A stretch of 64,000 nt of DNA from Beijerinckiaceae bacterium (GCA_046295155.1 JBKBNT010000009.1:36851-100850); one strand, 5' to 3'; shown: positions 17,111 to 26,216, counted from the first letter of the stretch. Numbers and translations: made by a program. The notes: a model not told the origin generated them from the letters alone.

Positions 17111-17566
17111 TTAGCCGCCGCAGCCGCCGATGGTGACCTTTACTTCAGACTTCGTCGTGAAGAGCTGGCCGTTCGACATCTCCGCAACGACGACGATGTC
17201 CTGAGTCTCGGCGAGGCGCATGCGCGTGGACGCGGCGGCCTTGCCGGATTCCGGCGTGAACCGGTACGACACGACATGCGGAAGCGGGTTCTTCTCCGCG
17301 TAGACGTGCACCGACTTTACGAAGTCTGTCGCCGACATCGGGCTTTCGACCTCGACATTGATCGGCACGACCAGGCCGTTCTCGGCGATCTGCGGCACGT
17401 CCAGCTTGATGCGGCCTGCTTCCAGCTTCTTGTCGCCATAGAGCTTCTTGATTTCGGCTGCGACTTCGGCCGGCGAGGCGGACGCGAGCCGCGGCGCAAT
17501 AACGGCGGCGATCGCCGCAATGCCAGCCGTTCTCAGGAACTGGCGCTTAGATTGCTCAATCTGCAT
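17111..17566 (-). CDS. soxY: SoxY sulfur-carrier protein
   Basis: ORF 17111..17611, trimmed to ATG 17566 (MQIEQSKRQFLRTAGIAAIAA). The C-terminus VKVTIGGCGG* is the diagnostic SoxY swinging-arm cysteine motif. Confidence 0.92.
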   Translation of the reverse strand: MQIEQSKRQFLRTAGIAAIAAVIAPRLASASPAEVAAEIKKLYGDKKLEAGRIKLDVPQIAENGLVVPINVEVESPMSATDFVKSVHVYAEKNPLPHVVSYRFTPESGKAAASTRMRLAETQDIVVVAEMSNGQLFTTKSEVKVTIGGCGG

Positions 17567-17792
17567 TAGATTTGGCTCCCTTGATGGACATTGTCCGCTG
17601 CGACTTGACACCCGGTCGCATATGGGCGACCTTTATACAAATGATGATATGAATGTTCAATAATGTAAAGCCCTCTTCAAGGAGGGCGCGCAAAAAGTGT
17701 AAGGCGCCCATGCGGCGAATTGCGGAGAGCAGGGGCCGGAAAAGCCGGCCCAGGGGTGAAACCGGGATACTGACGACGAGGGAGGGATACGC
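17567..17792. promoter_or_regulatory. Divergent soxY / soxA control region
   Basis: 226-bp gap between divergent start codons. It contains an AT-rich core (tatacaaatgatgatatgaatgttcaataatgtaaag), a TGAA-TG-TTCA inverted repeat at 17650-17659, and a GGACA-T-TGTCC palindrome at 17586-17596 in the soxY leader. Confidence 0.5.
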
Positions 17793-18617
17793 ATGAAACG
17801 CTTGAGCGTAGCAATTTTTGCTACCGCGTTATCGTTCGGCGCGGGCGGCGGCGCGCTGTCGCAGCAGACGGACAGCGAAAAGGAGATCGCGCGATACCGC
17901 GAAATGATCAGCGATCCGATGGCGAATCCAGGGTATCTGGCCGTTGATCGCGGTGAGGCCCTTTGGTCACAAAAGCGCGGAAAGAACAACGTTTCTCTCG
18001 AAACCTGCGATCTTGGCGAAGGACCGGGGAAGCTGGAAGGCGCATTTGTTAAACTTCCCCGCTATTTTGCGGACGCAGATCGAGTTCTGGATCTGGAGGC
18101 GCGTCTCCTCTGGTGCATGGAAAAGATCCAGGGGGTAGATACTGCGGACGTTATCAAGAGGCGGTTCAGCCCTTCGAACGGACCAGCCACTTCGGACATG
18201 GAGGGCCTTGTCGCCTTCATCGCCAACAAGTCGAACGGCATGAAGTACGACGTAAAGGTCACTCATCCAAAGGAGATTGAAGCCCGGAACGTTGGAGAGG
18301 AGCTTTTCTACCGGCGCTCTGCGCTGTCGGACTTTGCCTGCTCCACCTGCCACGCCGCGGACGGGCTTCGTATTCGCCTGCAAGGCTTGCCTAACCTTCT
18401 TGAGGCGCCAGACACGCAGAAGACGATGTCGTCATGGCCGACCTATCGTGTCTCGCAAAGCCAATTGCGCACGATGCAACATCGTCTGTGGGACTGCTAT
18501 TGGCAGATGCGGATGCCCGACGTTTCCTACACATCCGATGCGACCATTGCCCTTACCTCGTACCTGAACACGCTGGCCAACGGAGGCGAACTGTTGGTCC
18601 CCTCAATCAAGCGCTGA
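17793..18617 (+). CDS. soxA: SoxA cytochrome c (single CxxCH form)
   Basis: ORF 17793..18617 with a signal peptide. One heme motif [13 protein letters not shown] provides the Cys that acts as heme ligand in SoxA. No second CxxCH is present. Confidence 0.88.
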   Translation: MKRLSVAIFATALSFGAGGGALSQQTDSEKEIARYREMISDPMANPGYLAVDRGEALWSQKRGKNNVSLETCDLGEGPGKLEGAFVKLPRYFADADRVLDLEARLLWCMEKIQGVDTADVIKRRFSPSNGPATSDMEGLVAFIANKSNGMKYDVKVTHPKEIEARNVGEELFYRRSALSDFACSTCHAADGLRIRLQGLPNLLEAPDTQKTMSSWPTYRVSQSQLRTMQHRLWDCYWQMRMPDVSYTSDATIALTSYLNTLANGGELLVPSIKR

Positions 18618-18626
18618 GGTCTAATT

Positions 18627-19253
18627 ATGAACAAGAACTATATCCTCGCCGGTGTTTTCGCAGCGACCGCGGGCGCCGCACTCGCGCAAGACAAGGCGCC
18701 GGAGCGAAAGGTCGATCAGGCGGTCGTAGATAAGGTAGTGGCTTCAAGCTGGAGGAATCTGACGCCCGAGCTGCAAAAGCGCGTCGATCAAGACGAGACG
18801 ATGAAAATCTGTTCTGAGACGCGCAACAATCCAGCGCAGGCGCAGGCGGACAAGATCGTCGCAATTGCGAAAGCGAGCGTGAAATATCCCGAAGACGGTA
18901 ATTTCATGGGTGACTGGCGCAGAGGCGAGAAGTCTGCGCTGGACGGCTGGGGCGGTCGCATGGGCGACAACACGCCGGGACGTCCTAATGGCGGCAATTG
19001 TTACGCGTGCCATCAAATGGCGCCAGCCGAGATTGCCTATGGAACGCTGGGTCCGAGTCTTATGGGATACGGAAAGGCGCGAGCGGGCGACAAGAATGCC
19101 CCGAAAGAGGTTTACGAGAAGATTTACAATCCGCATGTCGTTCTGGCGTGTTCCGCCATGCCGCGTTTTGGCGTGAATAACTTTCTGACGATCGAGCAGA
19201 TAAAGGATGCCGTTGCGTTTCTGCTTTCGCCGGAGTCGCCGGTCAACAAGTAA
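18627..19253 (+). CDS. soxX: SoxX cytochrome c (long form, 208 aa)
   Basis: ORF 18627..19253 with a signal peptide. NGGNCYACHQMAPAEIAYGTLGPSL is typical of SoxX. It starts 9 nt after soxA. Confidence 0.88.
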   Translation: MNKNYILAGVFAATAGAALAQDKAPERKVDQAVVDKVVASSWRNLTPELQKRVDQDETMKICSETRNNPAQAQADKIVAIAKASVKYPEDGNFMGDWRRGEKSALDGWGGRMGDNTPGRPNGGNCYACHQMAPAEIAYGTLGPSLMGYGKARAGDKNAPKEVYEKIYNPHVVLACSAMPRFGVNNFLTIEQIKDAVAFLLSPESPVNK

Positions 19254-19265
19254 CAGACGAACCAT

Positions 19266-19293
19266 GAGGCGCATCGAACGGTGCGCCTCGTTT
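19266..19293 (+). terminator. Hairpin plus GTTTG after soxX (terminator or attenuator before soxH)
   Basis: gaggcgca-tcgaacgg-tgcgcctc forms an 8-bp stem, followed by gtttg. Confidence 0.45.
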
Positions 19294-19313
19294 GAATCCT
19301 GTGGAGTTTCTCC

Positions 19314-20222
19314 GTGACGCAGTTCGACATCACACGCAGGCAGGGACTTATCGCAGCCGCTTCTGCAACGGCCAGCCTTTTCTGGACGCAAGTGGCGCTG
19401 GCCGCTGGTGAGGAATTCAAGACGCTATCCGACGGCGTGCGAAACCTGCCTACCGGAATCCTGAGCAGTTCCGCGAACGGCGATCAGATCAAGAAGGCGC
19501 TCGCCGACTCGGGACTGGCGACCGATGTCTCGCGCAGTCCCTCGAACGTGTCGATGCTCATCCGCGGCGACGACCTGATCCTTTTCGACTGTGGCGCAGG
19601 CCCCAACTTTATGCAGGGCGTGGGAACGCTTCCCGACAGTCTCAACGAAGCGGGCATCGCGCCGGAACGTGTGAAGCATGTGCTCTTCACGCACGCGCAT
19701 CCCGATCACCTTTGGGGCGCGCTCGACGACTTCGGATCGCCTGCGTTTCCAAACGCGACCTACCACATGGCGTCGGCCGAACGCGACTTCTGGTTCTCGC
19801 CCGACGTTTACAAGATCCTGCCCGAGGATCGGCACTCGTTCGCGGCGGGCGCGCAGCGCATCCTCAAGGAGCTCGACTCCGTGATGAAATGGTTCAAGCC
19901 AGGCGATGAAGTCGCGCCTGGCGTCAGCGCCTTCAGCTCGCGCGGCCATACGCCGGGCCATGTAAGCTTCGACGTGCGCGTCGGCAATGAAACGGTCTGC
20001 GTCGTGGGCGACGCGCTGACGCACGGCGTGATCTCGTTCCAGTATCCCGACTGGTCCGGCGGATTCGATCAGGAGCCGGAGCAGGCCATCGCTTCGCGCA
20101 AGCAGCTGCTGGATCGCTTCAGCGCGCAGAAGGTGCGCATCGTGGGCTATCACCTCCCGGCAGGCGGCATCGGGCGCGTCGAGCGCGCGGGCTCTGCCTA
20201 TCGTTTCGTGCAGAACGGCTGA
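19314..20222 (+). CDS. soxH: Periplasmic metallo-beta-lactamase-fold protein (SoxH-like)
   Basis: ORF 19314..20222 with a GTG start. Tat motif ITRRQGLIAAASATA. MBL motif FTHAHPDHLWG. Located next to soxAX. Confidence 0.75.
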   Translation: MTQFDITRRQGLIAAASATASLFWTQVALAAGEEFKTLSDGVRNLPTGILSSSANGDQIKKALADSGLATDVSRSPSNVSMLIRGDDLILFDCGAGPNFMQGVGTLPDSLNEAGIAPERVKHVLFTHAHPDHLWGALDDFGSPAFPNATYHMASAERDFWFSPDVYKILPEDRHSFAAGAQRILKELDSVMKWFKPGDEVAPGVSAFSSRGHTPGHVSFDVRVGNETVCVVGDALTHGVISFQYPDWSGGFDQEPEQAIASRKQLLDRFSAQKVRIVGYHLPAGGIGRVERAGSAYRFVQNG

Positions 20223-20240
20223 TTGTGACGTCGCCTGCGT

Positions 20241-20261
20241 GGCCGGATACTTCATCCGGCC
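20241..20261. terminator. Hairpin between convergent soxH and soxT
   Basis: ggccggat-acttc-atccggcc forms a perfect 8-bp stem in the 46-bp convergent gap. Confidence 0.5.
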
Positions 20262-20268
20262 AGATGCG

Positions 20269-21345
20269 CTAGCGCCGGAACGCGCGGGATTCGCGCAATC
20301 GCTGGACGCGATTGGTCACGACCTCCCGCAGCGGTCCTTCAATCAGGAGCTGTATGCCGAGGCGCGCCCCGAGCGCCATGCCGCCCATCGCCAGCGGCCA
20401 GCTCGGCGACAGCAGCGAGCCGGCGGTCATGCCTTGTCCGATCGTGCAGCCGCCGGCGAGCACGCCGCCTGATCCCATGAGAACGGCGCCGAGCAGATGG
20501 CGCCGCATCTCGCGCGAGTCGTCGAAGGCTTCCCAATGGAATTCGTCATTTACCAAAGCTGCGATGAATGAGCCGAGCGCAACGCCGGCTACGCTCATCA
20601 CGCCGAAGTCGACCCAGGCGCCGGCGTTGAAGAAGGCGCCGAACAGCGCGCGGGCCACCGGTGAAACAAAGGTGAGGCTTTGAGGCCGCTGCGTCGATTC
20701 GAACGGATCGGCCAGCAGGCTCGTGGCAGCCCAGCCTGCGACGATGCACAGGCCGAGGACAAAAGCGGCGGTCAGCATTCGCTTCGCATTGCGCAGGCGC
20801 TTCTCGCGGCGGACGGCGAGAGCCAGCAGCAAGGCGATGCCAGCCGCGAGGGCGAGGCCTGCATAGGGAAAGCCGAGGCTTTCGGCGGGCGAGCCGACTT
20901 CGGCCTGGAAGCTCTCGATCCAGTTGATCCGGACATCGACGAGGACACCGCGGAGCCACGCGATGGCGAACAGGCCGAACACGAGAAGGGTCACGAGCGC
21001 CCGAAGATCGCCGCCGCCAAGCCTGATGAGCGAACCAAAGGCGCAGGTGCCGACAAGCGCCATGCCGAGGCCGAACATGAAGGCGCCAAGGATTATGGAG
21101 AGCCAGGGAAGGCGCGGCTGGCCATACGCCGTCATGGCCGGATCGAGCAGACCTGCTGCGATCAACCCTTGCGCGCCAACCAGGGCGACGCCGAGCGCAA
21201 GGCCGAATATCTTGAGCCGGCGCCAGTCGCCGGAGCCGACTGCGTCTTCGAAAGCGCCGAACGTGCATAGCCGCGCGCGGCGCGTCATGAAACCTGCGGC
21301 GCAGCCCACGAGGAGGCCCGAAATCGCTACAAGCGCCCCTGGCAA
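20269..21345 (-). CDS. soxT: YeeE/YedE-family sulfur-compound (thiosulfate) permease, full-length two-repeat form (SoxT-like)
   Basis: ORF 20269..21345, a polytopic membrane protein. Conserved Cys motifs RRARLCTFGAFED and LAGGCTIGQGMTAG. Confidence 0.8.
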   Translation of the reverse strand: MPGALVAISGLLVGCAAGFMTRRARLCTFGAFEDAVGSGDWRRLKIFGLALGVALVGAQGLIAAGLLDPAMTAYGQPRLPWLSIILGAFMFGLGMALVGTCAFGSLIRLGGGDLRALVTLLVFGLFAIAWLRGVLVDVRINWIESFQAEVGSPAESLGFPYAGLALAAGIALLLALAVRREKRLRNAKRMLTAAFVLGLCIVAGWAATSLLADPFESTQRPQSLTFVSPVARALFGAFFNAGAWVDFGVMSVAGVALGSFIAALVNDEFHWEAFDDSREMRRHLLGAVLMGSGGVLAGGCTIGQGMTAGSLLSPSWPLAMGGMALGARLGIQLLIEGPLREVVTNRVQRLRESRAFRR

Positions 21346-21392
21346 TTTCCGTCCCCTTTACCGGCCAGTCTTCGTAGGGCCGGAAATCCTGG

Positions 21393-21764
21393 TCAGGCCC
21401 GGCGCTTTGGACTGTCCTGACAGAAGATATCATAAACGAGGCTGATGACACGCCTCACATCGTCGTCCGCGATCGAATAGTAGATCTGCTTACCGTCTCG
21501 GCGGGTCGTGACCAGATCATCGTAGCGCAGGCGGGCCAGTTGCTGCGAGAGGGCCGATTGCCGGATCGACAGGATTGCTTCAAGTTCGCTGACGGAGCGC
21601 TCTTTCTCCGCCAGGAGACACAGCACGAGAAGGCGGCTTTCCTGCGAAAGCGCCTTGAGGAAGTCGCTCGCTTCACGCGCGTTCTTCATCAGCTGCTCAA
21701 GCCGCGGCGAATACTCCACGTCGGAGCGAAGTTCGTTTTCAACCGATTGCGGAACGATGGTCAT
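21393..21764 (-). CDS. soxR: ArsR/SmtB-family transcriptional regulator (SoxR)
   Basis: ORF 21393..21764. Winged-HTH block LKALSQESRLLVLCLLAEKERSVSELEAILSIRQSALSQQLARLR. Positioned between soxS and soxT. Confidence 0.85.
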   Translation of the reverse strand: MTIVPQSVENELRSDVEYSPRLEQLMKNAREASDFLKALSQESRLLVLCLLAEKERSVSELEAILSIRQSALSQQLARLRYDDLVTTRRDGKQIYYSIADDDVRRVISLVYDIFCQDSPKRRA

Positions 21765-21794
21765 GAGAAAACTGTGCCCCTGCGCCTTCGGCGT

Positions 21795-22145
21795 CTACTG
21801 CCGTTCCATCATCTTGGCGAATACGCCCCAGAACATTGCGTCATTCATGTAACCCGTAATCCGTCCCACTTCGCGCCCGTCCTTCATCAGCACGAAGGTG
21901 GGCGAGTAGCGAACCGGGGTGTCGAGCGCGAGCTGAGGCTTTTCCCTGTCAAGATCCACCCTGCGGAGTGGCGCCTGGCGGCCCTGCGGCGTCAGCGGAT
22001 ATGCTGGGCCGACTTCGCGATCCCAGCGCGCGCAATACGAGCAACCGTCGCGCTCGAACATAACGAGCTCGAATTCGGCCGCCGCGGGAGCGACGGCGGC
22101 GAGGGTCATGAAGGCGGCGGTTATTGCATTTGCAAGGAAAGACAT
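21795..22145 (-). CDS. soxS: Periplasmic thioredoxin-like protein SoxS
   Basis: ORF 21795..22247, trimmed to ATG 22145 (MSFLANAITAAFMTLAAVAPAAA signal). CSYC redox motif. Confidence 0.8.
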   Translation of the reverse strand: MSFLANAITAAFMTLAAVAPAAAEFELVMFERDGCSYCARWDREVGPAYPLTPQGRQAPLRRVDLDREKPQLALDTPVRYSPTFVLMKDGREVGRITGYMNDAMFWGVFAKMMERQ

Positions 22146-22192
22146 TGTACTTATATAAACGAATTCGAATTTGATTTCCAGTGGGGTAGCGT
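22146..22192. promoter_or_regulatory. Divergent soxS / soxV control region with overlapping palindromes
   Basis: 47-bp AT-rich gap tgtacttatataaacgaattcgaatttgatttcc. It holds a perfect 10-bp palindrome AATTCGAATT (22162-22171) overlapping CGAATTCG (22160-22167). This is a candidate SoxR operator, by analogy with SoxR binding in the soxS-soxV region of Paracoccus. Confidence 0.45.
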
Positions 22193-22918
22193 GTGGAGCC
22201 CGGTGTCGCAGGCGCGTTCTTGGCGGGTCTGATCTCCTTCGCGTCACCCTGCGTCCTGCCGCTGGCGCCAGCCTATCTGTCCTTTCTGGCGGGGTCCGAG
22301 CGCGAAAAGCTCATCGAAAACGGAGCAGGGGAGCGATGGCGCGTCCTTTCCCGCGCTGTCTCCTTCGTTTTGGGCTTTGCGACCATCTTCGTGCTGCTCG
22401 GCGTTTCCGCCTCCGCGGCGGGTCGATTTGTCACGGTCTGGTTTGACCAGATGGCCGTGGCCGCCGGCGTCCTGCTGATGGTTTTCGGCGTGCACATAGC
22501 GGGATGGCTGCACATACCGTTTCTCATGCGCGAGCGGCGCGCCCACGGTCCCGCTCGGGTGCGGTCGCTTGGCGCCTCCTATGCGGTTGGCCTCGCATTC
22601 GCCTTCGGTTGGACGCCGTGCGTCGGCCCTGTCCTGGCGTCGATCCTCATTCTGTCCGGCGTGCAGGACTCGGTATGGCGGGGGGCGGCGCTTTTATCCG
22701 CGTATGCCGCCGGTATGGGGTTGCCATTCGTGCTTGCCGCAGCGTTCGCGCCGGCGTTCCTGAAAAGCGCGTCCAGGCTGAGCCGCTTCGCACGGCCCCT
22801 GTCGGTTGCAAGCGGGATCGTGCTGATCGTGACGGGCGCCCTGATAGCGATTGGCAATTTCGGCAGGATCGGCGCATGGCTGCTCCGGACGTTTCCGTTT
22901 TTCGAGCGCATCGGCTGA
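22193..22918 (+). CDS. soxV: CcdA/DsbD-type thiol:disulfide electron-transfer membrane protein SoxV
   Basis: ORF 22193..22918 with a GTG start. GLISFASPCVLPLAPAYLSFLAG and GWTPCVGPVLASIL are the two conserved CcdA Cys motifs. Confidence 0.85.
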   Translation: MEPGVAGAFLAGLISFASPCVLPLAPAYLSFLAGSEREKLIENGAGERWRVLSRAVSFVLGFATIFVLLGVSASAAGRFVTVWFDQMAVAAGVLLMVFGVHIAGWLHIPFLMRERRAHGPARVRSLGASYAVGLAFAFGWTPCVGPVLASILILSGVQDSVWRGAALLSAYAAGMGLPFVLAAAFAPAFLKSASRLSRFARPLSVASGIVLIVTGALIAIGNFGRIGAWLLRTFPFFERIG

Positions 22919-22945
22919 GGCGGGGGCGTCTGGACCGAGGAGGAG

Positions 22946-23374
22946 ATGTTGACGCAATTTGCTCCGTTGCCCGCGCTTGCGGGCGGCGTGCTGATCGGAC
23001 TCGCCGCCGTCATTCTGATGGCCGGGATCGGCCGCATCGCGGGTGTGTGCGGAATCCTGCTGACGATGATGACCAGTCGCGACGCAGGCGCCATCTCGTG
23101 GCGCCTCGCCTTCGTGCTCGGAATGCCCCTCGGCGCCCTGCTTGTCGTGGCGCTCGGATGGAAGGACATTTCGGCGCTTGTGTTCCCCGCGGACCTGCTC
23201 GCCACGGCTTTCGCGGGCATCCTGGTTGGCGTGGGCACGACGCTGGGCTCAGGCTGCACGAGCGGCCACGGCGTGTGCGGCCTCGCGCGCTTTTCGATAC
23301 GCTCCATCGCCGCCACGATGACCTTTATGGCGACGGGAATCGCCACGGTCTTCATCGTCCGCCATATCGTCTAG
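22946..23374 (+). CDS. Half-size YeeE/YedE-family membrane protein (142 aa), first of a pair
   Basis: ORF 22946..23374. GAGGAGGAG lies upstream of the ATG. Contains the motif GSGCTSGHGVCGL. Confidence 0.8.
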   Translation: MLTQFAPLPALAGGVLIGLAAVILMAGIGRIAGVCGILLTMMTSRDAGAISWRLAFVLGMPLGALLVVALGWKDISALVFPADLLATAFAGILVGVGTTLGSGCTSGHGVCGLARFSIRSIAATMTFMATGIATVFIVRHIV

Positions 23375-23385
23375 GATCGCTCGCC

Positions 23386-23805
23386 ATGCACATTATCGTG
23401 GCTCTTGTCGCGGGCGTCATGTTCGGCGCCGGGCTTACCATGTCGGACATGATCAACCCGGCGCGTGTGCTGAACTTTCTCGACATAGCAGGACAGTGGG
23501 ACCCCTCGCTCATTTTCGTTATGGGCGGCGCCTTGCTCACCACGACGTTGGGCTATCGCTTCGTCCTGCGCCGGTCTGAACCGCTCTTCGACAAGGCGTT
23601 CTGGTTGCCCGCCGCTCGCGACATCGATGCGCCTCTCATCCTCGGCTCGGCGATGTTCGGCGCGGGATGGGGACTTGCTGGCATTTGCCCCGGTCCCGCG
23701 CTCACTGCGCTGGTTTCGCTCGAGCCGAAGATGTTTCTTTTTGTCGCCGCCATGGCCGCGGGAATGCTTGGCGCAAAGGCTTGGCGGGAACGCTCGGCCA
23801 ACTGA
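23386..23805 (+). CDS. Half-size YeeE/YedE-related membrane protein (139 aa), second of a pair
   Basis: C-terminal part of ORF 22504..23805, starting at ATG 23386 (MHIIVALVAGVMFGAGLTMSDMINPARVLNFLD...). Contains the motif GWGLAGICPGPAL. It starts 11 nt after the previous gene. Confidence 0.8.
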   Translation: MHIIVALVAGVMFGAGLTMSDMINPARVLNFLDIAGQWDPSLIFVMGGALLTTTLGYRFVLRRSEPLFDKAFWLPAARDIDAPLILGSAMFGAGWGLAGICPGPALTALVSLEPKMFLFVAAMAAGMLGAKAWRERSAN

Positions 23806-23890
23806 GCGCATGCTTCGCCTTGCGACCGGCGGGTTCAGGCCGTACGGTTCTCCATCGCCGCGCGAGACGGCGAATCCGGGGAGGATCATC

Positions 23891-24913
23891 ATGGCGCGAC
23901 GTACTATTCTTGCTGGCGCGATGTTCGTTTGTGCAATTGCGCCGTCCTACGCGCAGTCGCCGGATGAGTTCTATCGCGGCCGCAAGATGGATATGGTGAT
24001 CGGGTATTCGCCGGGCGGCAATTACGATCTTTACGCACGACTCATCGCCCGGCAGCTTGGCGAATACATACCGGGAAATCCCTCGATCGTGCCGCGCAAC
24101 ATGCCCGGCGGCGGCAGCCGCACGGCTGCGGCATGGCTCTATTCGCTTGCTCCGAAGGACGGAACCGCGCTCGCGACATTCGACCAGGCTTTGCCGATTG
24201 CGCAGGCGCTGCGCGACCCCAGCCTGCGCTTCGACGTGAGGGAGTTCAATTTCATCGGCAATCCGGCGCGCGAGAACAACACCGTCACCGCCTGGCATAC
24301 ATCCGGCGTCAAGACGATCAAGGACGCCATGACGCAGGAGGTGACGGTCGGCTCCACCGGCGCATCAACCTCCTCGCAATACGCCATGGCGATGAATGCG
24401 CTGATCGGCACGAGGTTCAAGCTCGTGACAGGCTATCCGGGCGGCAATGACATCAACCTTGCTATGGAGCGTGGCGAGGTCGCTGTGCGAGGCTCGAATT
24501 CGTGGGCCTCGTGGAAGTCGACGCGCGCAGACTGGGTGCGCGACGGCAAGATCAACATTCTTGTCCAGATTGGTCTCAGGCGCGCGCCGGATCTTCCCAA
24601 CGCGCCGCTGATGATCGAGCTCGCGAAGAATGACGAGGATCGCGCCGTGTTTCGCCTGATCTCGGCGCCGACCGCCCTGGGGCGCCCGATCGCGACAGGG
24701 CCGGGCGTTCCAGCCGATCGCGTAAAGGCGCTGCGCGACGCGTTTGACAGGATGATCGCCGATCCGAAGTTCCTCGCCATCGCCGAAAAGGAGCGTTTCG
24801 AGATCGACTACGTACCCGGCGTCGAGATGCAGCAGATCGTCGCCGAAATCGTCGACGCGCCTGAGGCCGTGCGGCAGAAGCTCAAGCAGATCGTCGATGC
24901 GAGCGGGAAGTGA
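23891..24913 (+). CDS. TctC/Bug-family periplasmic solute-binding protein, copy 3
   Basis: ORF 23627..24913, trimmed to ATG 23891 (MARRTILAGAMFVCAIAPSYAQ signal). Contains GYSPGGNYDLYARLIARQLGEYIPGNPSIVPRNMPGGGS. Confidence 0.85.
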   Translation: MARRTILAGAMFVCAIAPSYAQSPDEFYRGRKMDMVIGYSPGGNYDLYARLIARQLGEYIPGNPSIVPRNMPGGGSRTAAAWLYSLAPKDGTALATFDQALPIAQALRDPSLRFDVREFNFIGNPARENNTVTAWHTSGVKTIKDAMTQEVTVGSTGASTSSQYAMAMNALIGTRFKLVTGYPGGNDINLAMERGEVAVRGSNSWASWKSTRADWVRDGKINILVQIGLRRAPDLPNAPLMIELAKNDEDRAVFRLISAPTALGRPIATGPGVPADRVKALRDAFDRMIADPKFLAIAEKERFEIDYVPGVEMQQIVAEIVDAPEAVRQKLKQIVDASGK

Positions 24914-24962
24914 GCTGGCCGCGATTTGAAGGCGCAGGCGCATCGCTCCTGCAGGGGCGGCG

Positions 24963-26216
24963 ATGACGACTGAAACGCAGCAGGAGGATACTCCGCTCGA
25001 TCGACGCGCCCTGCGCGCCTCCTACGGCCTTGGCCTGCTGAGCCTCGCGCTCAGCGATCTTTACGTACTGGTCGTGCCGCTGCTCGCCCTGTCACTGGGA
25101 GCCAGCGCAACGGAAATCGGGCTTCTGATGGGCGCGCGCTCGATTTTGCCGGCGCTTCTGTCCATCCACGGCGGCTCGTTGATGGACCGGCTCGGCGCCC
25201 GCCGCGTCATGATATTCTGCACCTTCATGGTCGCGGCGATGGCGCCGGTTTTCGCCAGCGTTTCATGGTTTCCCGTCCTTCTGGTCGTGCAGACGTTCAC
25301 AGGCCTGTTCGTCACGATGAACTGGATCGGCGCGCAGACGCTTGTCGCGCACGCCTGCCGGGGACAAGCCGGGCCGCTCGGCAAGTTCAACTTCATCGCG
25401 CGCTTCGGCACTGTTGGCGCGCCGGTTCTCGCGGGTCTCATCTGGGATCTGGGCGGCGCGTGGCCGACATTCTTCATGTTAATGGCGTGGGCGCTTGCGA
25501 CCTGCCTGCTGGCGTACCGGTCGCCCGAGCCCAACGACGACATCGCGCCGATTTCGCCGGGCAAGGCCATTCTGTCCGCCATGCCGCGCGTCTCCGATTA
25601 CACGCGCTCCTTCGCGCTGATGCTTATTCCAATCATCGCTTTCACGGTGGTGGTCGCGGGTCTGCGGAACGCGGGAACCGGCATCCAGTCATCGATCTAC
25701 GTGATCTATCTCGAAGGCATCGGATTCCCCGCCACCTCCATCGGCATCCTGTTCGGCGCGCTTGAGGTGACGACGGGACTTGCTTCGCTTGCGGTCGGTT
25801 GGGTGCGCAAACTCGGGCGCCCCGAGTGGATATTGCTGGCGACCACAGCGATCAGCCTGTCTCTCATAGCGATCACGCCCTTCCTGGGCGGGGTGTTCGC
25901 GCTGCTGTTGCTGATGCAATTGCTGCGCGGTGCGGCGCAGGGGTTCATGCAGCCGCTGATGTTTTCAATTCAGTCGCTTTCCGTGCGGAAGGACGAGCAG
26001 GGCGCGGTCGTGGGCCTGCGCATGACGGCGAACCGGGTGTTCTCCGTCGTCCTGCCGCCGGTCACCGGGTTTCTCGTGGACGCGTTTGGATTGACCGCCG
26101 CCTTCGTGATTTCGGGCGTCTTCCTGATTGGCGTTTGCGCGTTCCTGGCGATCCTCGTTTTGCGGCGACCAGAGCTGGCTTTCGACCGGCAGGTCTCGCG
26201 ATCCGGGGAGAGGTAG
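24963..26216 (+). CDS. MFS transporter (417 aa), paralog B
   Basis: ORF 24963..26216. Contains GGSLMDRLGARRVM. Full-length similarity to, and the same length as, 8953..10206. It starts 49 nt after TctC copy 3. Confidence 0.85.
   Translation: MTTETQQEDTPLDRRALRASYGLGLLSLALSDLYVLVVPLLALSLGASATEIGLLMGARSILPALLSIHGGSLMDRLGARRVMIFCTFMVAAMAPVFASVSWFPVLLVVQTFTGLFVTMNWIGAQTLVAHACRGQAGPLGKFNFIARFGTVGAPVLAGLIWDLGGAWPTFFMLMAWALATCLLAYRSPEPNDDIAPISPGKAILSAMPRVSDYTRSFALMLIPIIAFTVVVAGLRNAGTGIQSSIYVIYLEGIGFPATSIGILFGALEVTTGLASLAVGWVRKLGRPEWILLATTAISLSLIAITPFLGGVFALLLLMQLLRGAAQGFMQPLMFSIQSLSVRKDEQGAVVGLRMTANRVFSVVLPPVTGFLVDAFGLTAAFVISGVFLIGVCAFLAILVLRRPELAFDRQVSRSGER

Noticed and set aside
22504-23385. N-terminal 294 aa of the 433-aa ORF 22504..23805
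   Set aside because: It overlaps soxV and the first YeeE half out of frame and is Arg-rich. Only the last 139 aa, from ATG 23386, form a coherent membrane protein.
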